The notes beneath the pieces are model-generated. The model was not told where the DNA came from and did not search any database. It saw only the letters and a list, made by a program, of their open reading frames with translations. Positions 62,983-64,000 of a DNA stretch of 64,000 nucleotides are shown here, piece after piece; the first letter of the stretch is position 1; each line of letters opens with the position of its first letter. Both the position numbers and the translations under genes were made by a program. This DNA comes from Pavona decussata (taxonomy: Eukaryota), in assembly GCA_977016875.1 (NCBI GenBank), contig CDRNST010000167.1:434001-498000 (forward strand). Direction: 5' to 3'.

Positions 62983-63860
62983 TTTTTTATTTTATTCACT
63001 AGGCTACTGGGTTTACATGTCGCACACGTCAGGCATTATAACTGCTGGGATCAGTACTGTCAAACACATACTGTGGCAATAAACTAAGATAGCAAACTTT
63101 ACACATTGGTCATCATAAGCGAAACATGCACTAACATGTCAAAACAACAGGACAAAGAAAAAAATTCTTACTTTCCAGTGGGGGTGGGAATAGCGTTAAC
63201 AGGAAAAAAGTGCAGAATGGTGGGCATGGCGCAGCGTGGAATCGTCAGCAGTAGATTACCAAACTTTCACTTTGTCCCAAAATGACTTGGCTCCAATGAG
63301 AGCATGACACTTACACAAGATGAACCTGCAGCTCATATAGCCAAGACCACTCAAATATGGTACCAAATAAGTTATCAAATTTCGTAAACGAAAATGCTAC
63401 CAAAACGACAACAACAACAAAAAGTAAAGAAGTGGCCCGCTAAATCACTGGACCTCGATCCAGAAGATAGTGCCTGAAAGCTTGGTCGAGGAGCTTGCAT
63501 ACAGGGATCCAGCTCCAATTTTAAAAAAAAGAAAAATGAAAATTTGCGAGGCATGGAGAAATGTCCCTTTGATGACCTTACAAGAGTTGGTCCATCAGAT
63601 GCTGTGAATCCTTAAAATGTAAAAAGTAAAGGAGGACATGCAAGCTACACGAGGTCCAGTGTGCTTAGCCAATCAAAACGATAGGAAATAATTTGACATA
63701 TAATTTTAAATAACAAGATGAAATAGTTTTTCCATAAGAGACAGTTTACCTCTTTAATAAATTTGCGAAAGAGCACAAAGCATGTCATGCGATCAGATGT
63801 GTCAACTATTTCCATGTCTAAATCCTCACTGGTATCTTCTGGTTTCTCTGCCTTGATGTG
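252..63860 (-). CDS. PRKDC: DNA-dependent protein kinase catalytic subunit (DNA-PKcs), partial gene: 81 coding exons, 3111 aa; 5' and 3' ends outside the window
   Basis: Spliced translation has no stops and contains recognisable DNA-PKcs motifs ([102 protein letters not shown]); all exon phases match. Confidence 0.98.
564..631 (-). CDS. PRKDC: PRKDC exon 80
   Basis: [22 protein letters not shown]. Confidence 0.95.
940..1550. mobile_element. Large degenerate palindromic (foldback/MITE-like) element
   Basis: About 990-1200 is an imperfect reverse complement of about 1280-1500 (e.g. catccgatccatacgaaattcccctc vs gagaggaatttcgtatggattggatg); boundaries approximate. Confidence 0.7.
2370..2514 (-). 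CDS. PRKDC: PRKDC exon 79
   Basis: NLKEYSPWL...LEIP. Confidence 0.94.
2724..3050 (-). mobile_element. Non-autonomous hairpin-terminated element (Crypton-like class)
   Basis: Terminal hairpin 2724-2835 with GA-GGGC-GCA-GCCC-GA apex; AAAATGGCGG and CTGATTAGC motifs on the minus strand. Confidence 0.65.
3060..3275 (-). mobile_element. tRNA-derived SINE-like repeat
   Basis: Reverse-complement tRNA A/B-box-like segment (ggcgggaatcgaatccacgacct...ccgactgagtta); 25-bp inverted partial copy at 2653-2677. Confidence 0.55.
3793..3861 (-). CDS. PRKDC: PRKDC exon 78
   Basis: [17 protein letters not shown]. Confidence 0.92.
4110..4180. repeat. (TAT)n microsatellite
   Basis: Direct read of the sequence. 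Confidence 0.95.
4181..5748 (-). mobile_element. 5'-truncated non-LTR retrotransposon with restriction-like endonuclease (CRE-like), pseudogenised
   Basis: One frame with two stops: QPHAAY..., [25 protein letters not shown] knuckle, [29 protein letters not shown]; (AAT)n at both junctions. Confidence 0.88.
5749..5996 (+). repeat. (TTA)n tracts enclosing an inverted 3'-end fragment (about 5800-5945) of the same retrotransposon family
   Basis: 5800-5945 is the reverse complement of about 4200-4330; TTA tracts on both sides. Confidence 0.8.
5999..6181 (-). CDS. PRKDC: PRKDC exon 77
   Basis: DWCDG...[10 protein letters not shown]. Confidence 0.93.
7237..7321 (-). CDS. PRKDC: PRKDC exon 76
   Basis: [17 protein letters not shown]. 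Confidence 0.94.
7677..7765 (-). CDS. PRKDC: PRKDC exon 75
   Basis: [15 protein letters not shown]. Confidence 0.94.
7843..8191. mobile_element. PIF/Harbinger-type MITE
   Basis: About 40-bp TIR (agccggcgacacacttggcgattttatacgccgatcgc / gcgatcggcgtataaaatcgccaggtgtgtcatcggct); TAA duplication at 7840-7842 and 8192-8194. Confidence 0.9.
8387..8509 (-). CDS. PRKDC: PRKDC exon 74
   Basis: [19 protein letters not shown]...YPQ. Confidence 0.95.
8641..8775 (-). CDS. PRKDC: PRKDC exon 73
   Basis: [24 protein letters not shown]. Confidence 0.95.
9540..9571 (-). CDS. PRKDC: PRKDC exon 72 (32-nt microexon)
   Basis: [10 protein letters not shown]; needed to restore phase 1 to phase 0; TTTTTAG/GTACCC flanks. 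Confidence 0.8.
9920..9990 (-). CDS. PRKDC: PRKDC exon 71
   Basis: [22 protein letters not shown]. Confidence 0.92.
10557..10654 (-). CDS. PRKDC: PRKDC exon 70
   Basis: [20 protein letters not shown]. Confidence 0.88.
11069..11157 (-). CDS. PRKDC: PRKDC exon 69
   Basis: [20 protein letters not shown]; second in-frame AG 9 nt inside the exon. Confidence 0.8.
11421..11712 (-). mobile_element. Non-autonomous hairpin-terminated element (Crypton-like class)
   Basis: Hairpin of about 143 nt (11425-11567) with GA-GGC-GCA-GCC-GA apex; inner IR ttctcaaactattgataattc vs gaattattaataagtttgagaa. Confidence 0.75.
11752..11862 (-). CDS. PRKDC: PRKDC exon 68
   Basis: [17 protein letters not shown]. Confidence 0.88.
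11943..12063 (-). CDS. PRKDC: PRKDC exon 67
   Basis: [18 protein letters not shown]. Confidence 0.88.
12217..12273 (-). CDS. PRKDC: PRKDC exon 66
   Basis: [12 protein letters not shown]. Confidence 0.87.
12477..12567 (-). CDS. PRKDC: PRKDC exon 65
   Basis: [12 protein letters not shown]; phases fit. Confidence 0.87.
12850..12906 (-). CDS. PRKDC: PRKDC exon 64
   Basis: [11 protein letters not shown]; phases fit. Confidence 0.85.
13520..14010 (-). mobile_element. Non-autonomous hairpin-terminated element (Crypton-like class)
   Basis: Hairpin 13536-13626 with GGC-GTA-GCC apex; IR ttataacatag vs ctatgttataa. Confidence 0.7.
14208..14319 (-). CDS. PRKDC: PRKDC exon 63
   Basis: LLNKWSSR...[12 protein letters not shown]. 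Confidence 0.93.
14738..14915. repeat. Short palindromic interspersed repeat
   Basis: cagttatatacgcagctgtaaaaagaaagcct / aggctttcttttcacagctgc...cataactg arms. Confidence 0.5.
15049..15157 (-). CDS. PRKDC: PRKDC exon 62
   Basis: [19 protein letters not shown]. Confidence 0.93.
15313..15589. mobile_element. MITE, TAGAGCGGTTTTCA family (copy 1 of 3)
   Basis: Ends in tgaaaaccgctcta; internal ctgattgg/ccaatc motifs shared with the copies at 29207 and 52617. Confidence 0.75.
15761..15859 (-). CDS. PRKDC: PRKDC exon 61
   Basis: [17 protein letters not shown]. Confidence 0.94.
16355..16480 (-). CDS. PRKDC: PRKDC exon 60
   Basis: [14 protein letters not shown]. Confidence 0.93.
16596..16706 (-). 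CDS. PRKDC: PRKDC exon 59
   Basis: [12 protein letters not shown]...PDLDKVW. Confidence 0.93.
16943..17199. mobile_element. Palindromic MITE with TA target duplication (Tc1/mariner-type)
   Basis: About 100-bp imperfect TIRs (cagctatttcaattaacgttgtcgg / ccgacaacgttagttgaaatgactg) flanked by TA. Confidence 0.8.
17200..17893 (+). mobile_element. Non-autonomous Crypton-like (tyrosine recombinase) element
   Basis: Degenerate coding remnant [24 protein letters not shown] at about 17575-17652 resembles the Crypton/DUF3504-family N-terminal region; 3' hairpin 17783-17891; IR tataccacaca/tgtgtggtata. Confidence 0.8.
18447..18817. mobile_element. TTAA-flanked MITE (Kolobok/piggyBac-type), copy 1
   Basis: TIR aggggaagtatca / tgatacttcccct with TTAA on both sides; second copy at 37943-38250. 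Confidence 0.85.
18900..20380 (+). mobile_element. Degenerate DIRS/Ngaro-like tyrosine-recombinase retrotransposon fragment (gag plus RT N-terminus)
   Basis: [12 protein letters not shown]...[16 protein letters not shown] zinc fingers (19801-19914); [21 protein letters not shown]...NHQSA..YP.HM..YL..EL (20155-20340); boundaries approximate. Confidence 0.7.
20749..20826 (-). CDS. PRKDC: PRKDC exon 58 (GC donor)
   Basis: [26 protein letters not shown]; donor CAG|GCAAGT. Confidence 0.9.
20960..21098 (-). CDS. PRKDC: PRKDC exon 57 (FAT)
   Basis: [15 protein letters not shown]...AEARGDF. Confidence 0.95.
21256..21379 (-). CDS. PRKDC: PRKDC exon 56
   Basis: IMLLEKQLL...WIELS. Confidence 0.92.
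21750..21834 (-). CDS. PRKDC: PRKDC exon 55
   Basis: DICYH...[18 protein letters not shown]. Confidence 0.93.
22103..22282 (-). CDS. PRKDC: PRKDC exon 54
   Basis: [17 protein letters not shown]...[10 protein letters not shown]. Confidence 0.94.
22556..22687 (-). CDS. PRKDC: PRKDC exon 53
   Basis: [31 protein letters not shown]. Confidence 0.95.
23374..23555. other. Assembly gap (N run), intronic
   Basis: Ns; flanking exons 52 and 53 join in phase. Confidence 0.95.
23560..23985 (-). mobile_element. L2/CR1-group LINE 3' end fragment
   Basis: [19 protein letters not shown]...APSYL / [15 protein letters not shown]...[10 protein letters not shown] with a frameshift. Confidence 0.9.
24043..24155 (-). 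CDS. PRKDC: PRKDC exon 52
   Basis: [12 protein letters not shown]. Confidence 0.92.
24578..24746 (-). CDS. PRKDC: PRKDC exon 51
   Basis: SSLLFS...[11 protein letters not shown]. Confidence 0.88.
25181..25396 (-). CDS. PRKDC: PRKDC exon 50 (ABCDE cluster)
   Basis: MTPLFAATQ...[13 protein letters not shown]...FDWL. Confidence 0.94.
25484..25585 (-). CDS. PRKDC: PRKDC exon 49
   Basis: [14 protein letters not shown]...[11 protein letters not shown]. Confidence 0.94.
25782..25890 (-). CDS. PRKDC: PRKDC exon 48
   Basis: [19 protein letters not shown]...MYSPNTE. Confidence 0.94.
26021..26122 (-). CDS. PRKDC: PRKDC exon 47
   Basis: [13 protein letters not shown]. Confidence 0.92.
27940..28113 (-). 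CDS. PRKDC: PRKDC exon 46
   Basis: [19 protein letters not shown]. Confidence 0.94.
28193..28570. mobile_element. Truncated copy of the TACAGTAGA.. MITE found at 35474
   Basis: Shared internal blocks (ttcacaatcacg...tggtgcaatacgt...ttgataagaacgtttagtttgg). Confidence 0.7.
28621..28770 (-). CDS. PRKDC: PRKDC exon 45
   Basis: [22 protein letters not shown]. Confidence 0.93.
28911..29044 (-). CDS. PRKDC: PRKDC exon 44
   Basis: [19 protein letters not shown]. Confidence 0.92.
29207..29439. mobile_element. MITE, TAGAGCGGTTTTCA family (copy 2)
   Basis: tagagcggttctca ... tgaaaactgcccta. Confidence 0.75.
29753..29861 (-). CDS. PRKDC: PRKDC exon 43
   Basis: [22 protein letters not shown]. Confidence 0.93.
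30040..30345 (+). mobile_element. 5'-truncated SINE with Nin-like central domain and (GAT)n tail
   Basis: gggacgttaaagaacccactcactgttcgcaaagagtagggaacgtagttcccggtgttgtggtctg core; AATAAA followed by (GAT)n. Confidence 0.65.
30548..30679 (-). CDS. PRKDC: PRKDC exon 42
   Basis: [18 protein letters not shown]. Confidence 0.93.
31346..31485 (-). CDS. PRKDC: PRKDC exon 41
   Basis: [20 protein letters not shown]. Confidence 0.93.
31945..32100 (-). CDS. PRKDC: PRKDC exon 40
   Basis: [13 protein letters not shown]...EGINYF...MLSWS. Confidence 0.93.
32413..32532 (-). CDS. PRKDC: PRKDC exon 39
   Basis: [12 protein letters not shown]...[12 protein letters not shown]. Confidence 0.94.
32817..32945. 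mobile_element. Short MITE (Harbinger-like)
   Basis: agttgttcaaa...tttgaacaact TIR with internal atccagcggat repeats. Confidence 0.65.
34659..34787 (-). CDS. PRKDC: PRKDC exon 38
   Basis: [22 protein letters not shown]. Confidence 0.94.
35127..35198 (-). CDS. PRKDC: PRKDC exon 37
   Basis: [24 protein letters not shown]; AG/GT, phase 0/0. Confidence 0.8.
35302..35393 (-). CDS. PRKDC: PRKDC exon 36 (PQR region)
   Basis: [26 protein letters not shown]. Confidence 0.94.
35476..36010. mobile_element. Tc1/mariner-type MITE
   Basis: TA-cagtagagccgcgctaactc ... gtaagcggggttctactg-TA. Confidence 0.8.
35989..36084. repeat. Perfect 48-bp tandem duplication
   Basis: tcaagtaagcggggttctactgtattataaaattacacttgtacttta x2. 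Confidence 0.95.
36272..36371 (-). CDS. PRKDC: PRKDC exon 35
   Basis: [17 protein letters not shown]. Confidence 0.92.
36461..36526 (-). CDS. PRKDC: PRKDC exon 34
   Basis: [22 protein letters not shown]. Confidence 0.92.
36668..36836 (-). CDS. PRKDC: PRKDC exon 33
   Basis: [12 protein letters not shown]...[12 protein letters not shown]. Confidence 0.94.
37498..37676 (-). CDS. PRKDC: PRKDC exon 32
   Basis: [24 protein letters not shown]...GKEMT. Confidence 0.93.
37943..38250. mobile_element. TTAA-flanked MITE, copy 2
   Basis: Homologous throughout to 18447-18817. Confidence 0.8.
38586..38799 (-). CDS. PRKDC: PRKDC exon 31 (acceptor position uncertain)
   Basis: [17 protein letters not shown]...IEAKQAK; the only phase-compatible AG is at 38800-38801. 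Confidence 0.8.
39787..39914 (-). CDS. PRKDC: PRKDC exon 30 (GC donor)
   Basis: [19 protein letters not shown]; donor AG|GCAAGT. Confidence 0.85.
40440..42035 (-). mobile_element. Internally deleted Crypton-like (tyrosine recombinase) element
   Basis: Minus-strand remnant WLNVWKTW...[32 protein letters not shown] (about 41575-41750); terminal hairpin 40446-40760; IR taatatacatgaaaa / ttttcatgtatatta. Confidence 0.82.
40538..40694. mobile_element. Small MITE nested in the hairpin arm
   Basis: TIR aggccattttca / tgaaaatgtcct with AT duplicated; removing it restores the hairpin arm. Confidence 0.8.
42362..42464 (-). CDS. PRKDC: PRKDC exon 29
   Basis: [20 protein letters not shown]. Confidence 0.92.
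42536..42600 (-). CDS. PRKDC: PRKDC exon 28
   Basis: [14 protein letters not shown]. Confidence 0.9.
43369..43461 (-). CDS. PRKDC: PRKDC exon 27
   Basis: [10 protein letters not shown]...DKSAPLVFK. Confidence 0.88.
43726..43861 (-). CDS. PRKDC: PRKDC exon 26
   Basis: [12 protein letters not shown]...[10 protein letters not shown]. Confidence 0.9.
44140..44366. other. Assembly gap (N run), intronic
   Basis: Ns; flanking exons 25 and 26 join in phase. Confidence 0.95.
44451..44512 (-). CDS. PRKDC: PRKDC exon 25
   Basis: [15 protein letters not shown]. Confidence 0.9.
46467..46588 (-). CDS. PRKDC: PRKDC exon 24
   Basis: [16 protein letters not shown]. Confidence 0.85.
46744..46792 (-). CDS. 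PRKDC: PRKDC exon 23 (49 nt)
   Basis: [16 protein letters not shown]; AG/GT, phases fit. Confidence 0.78.
47143..47304 (-). CDS. PRKDC: PRKDC exon 22
   Basis: [10 protein letters not shown]...[15 protein letters not shown]. Confidence 0.9.
47373..47510 (-). mobile_element. tRNA-derived SINE-like fragment
   Basis: Reverse complement gives tagctcagtggtagagcatccgagctag...gaaggtc (A-box-like). Confidence 0.6.
47899..47976. repeat. Imperfect tandem duplication, about 40-bp unit
   Basis: atgctactgtaattaaagattcaatattgaaagctgt / atgctactgaaattaaggatttcgattttgaaagctgt. Confidence 0.8.
48195..48330 (-). CDS. PRKDC: PRKDC exon 21
   Basis: [14 protein letters not shown]...QLHSAGLL. Confidence 0.88.
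49590..49684 (-). CDS. PRKDC: PRKDC exon 20
   Basis: [21 protein letters not shown]; AG/GT, phases fit. Confidence 0.85.
50239..50361 (-). CDS. PRKDC: PRKDC exon 19
   Basis: [24 protein letters not shown]. Confidence 0.92.
50753..50831 (-). CDS. PRKDC: PRKDC exon 18
   Basis: [17 protein letters not shown]. Confidence 0.92.
51369..51534 (-). CDS. PRKDC: PRKDC exon 17
   Basis: [11 protein letters not shown]...[11 protein letters not shown]. Confidence 0.9.
52061..52239 (-). CDS. PRKDC: PRKDC exon 16
   Basis: FEGGGGG...[14 protein letters not shown]. Confidence 0.93.
52617..52894. mobile_element. MITE, TAGAGCGGTTTTCA family (copy 3)
   Basis: tagagcgggtttcaattga ... tcaattgaaaaccactcta. Confidence 0.82.
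53893..53959 (-). CDS. PRKDC: PRKDC exon 15
   Basis: [21 protein letters not shown]; bridges the phase 1 to phase 2 junction. Confidence 0.87.
54055..54188 (-). CDS. PRKDC: PRKDC exon 14
   Basis: [21 protein letters not shown]...PLVP. Confidence 0.93.
54891..54993 (-). CDS. PRKDC: PRKDC exon 13 (GC donor)
   Basis: [16 protein letters not shown]...RRIPR; donor AG|GCAAGT. Confidence 0.9.
55581..55675 (-). CDS. PRKDC: PRKDC exon 12
   Basis: [27 protein letters not shown]. Confidence 0.93.
55711..56287. repeat. Diverged tandem duplication, about 290-bp unit x2
   Basis: Units start tgaatcacaacc (55711, 56008) and end aataaacccatgtttgac. Confidence 0.9.
56354..56481 (-). CDS. PRKDC: PRKDC exon 11 (GC donor)
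   Basis: [14 protein letters not shown]...[10 protein letters not shown]; donor AG|GCAAGA. Confidence 0.9.
57680..57778 (-). CDS. PRKDC: PRKDC exon 10
   Basis: [30 protein letters not shown]. Confidence 0.94.
57881..57988 (-). CDS. PRKDC: PRKDC exon 9
   Basis: [25 protein letters not shown]. Confidence 0.94.
58518..58586 (-). CDS. PRKDC: PRKDC exon 8
   Basis: [23 protein letters not shown]. Confidence 0.93.
59147..59224 (-). CDS. PRKDC: PRKDC exon 7
   Basis: [17 protein letters not shown]. Confidence 0.93.
60081..60139 (-). CDS. PRKDC: PRKDC exon 6
   Basis: [19 protein letters not shown]. Confidence 0.93.
60289..60478 (-). CDS. PRKDC: PRKDC exon 5
   Basis: [10 protein letters not shown]...AWD...[14 protein letters not shown]. 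Confidence 0.93.
61013..61137 (-). CDS. PRKDC: PRKDC exon 4
   Basis: [19 protein letters not shown]...; phases fit neighbours. Confidence 0.85.
61155..61211. repeat. (ATAAGATAA)n minisatellite in the acceptor tract of exon 4
   Basis: Direct read. Confidence 0.85.
61865..62024 (-). CDS. PRKDC: PRKDC exon 3
   Basis: [23 protein letters not shown]...[10 protein letters not shown]; AG/GT. Confidence 0.93.
62366..62485 (-). CDS. PRKDC: PRKDC exon 2
   Basis: [24 protein letters not shown]; AG/GT. Confidence 0.93.
62948..62995. repeat. (TTTA)n microsatellite after AATAAA (probable retroelement tail)
   Basis: Direct read. Confidence 0.85.
63750..63860 (-). CDS. PRKDC: PRKDC exon (window exon 1)
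   Basis: HIKAEK...[11 protein letters not shown]; AG/GT flanks. Confidence 0.88.
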
Positions 63861-64000
63861 CTGCAAATTATATAGGCAGTATATAAGAGATTTACTTGTT
63901 TCAAAGCTATAAAGTGCACAATATTCCAATGGATGACTGGAAAAACAAACTATCGATAACACATGTAGGAAGATTACACAGAAGATGCATATTTCTTTTT

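Noticed and set aside
1-64000. CRISPR array or prokaryotic defence-type system
   Set aside because: No repeat-spacer array and no operon-like long ORFs; the window is a spliceosomal-intron eukaryotic gene.

Overview
AT-rich eukaryotic (animal) genomic DNA. The repeat families suggest a cnidarian, probably a scleractinian coral (inference). The whole window lies inside one minus-strand gene, PRKDC (DNA-PKcs). I traced 81 coding exons by hand from 63860 down to 252. They are phase-consistent and total 9333 nt (3111 aa), running from the N/M-HEAT repeats through the PQR and ABCDE phosphorylation clusters and the FAT domain into the kinase N-lobe ([17 protein letters not shown]). Both ends of the gene lie outside the window. 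Four of the 80 internal introns need GC donors. The introns hold many repeats: a stack of RLE-type non-LTR retrotransposon ends inside an (AAT)n microsatellite, an L2 3' end, a DIRS/Ngaro-like fragment, SINEs, several MITE families and two assembly gaps. The most striking unexplained pattern is five non-autonomous elements with unrelated sequences but one shared architecture. Each has a long terminal hairpin with a C-GNA-G triloop and repeated tandem GA/GA mismatches on one strand, plus asymmetric inverted repeats. Two of them carry Crypton-type tyrosine-recombinase remnants. This points to a structure-encoded single-stranded-DNA recombination substrate (hypothesis).
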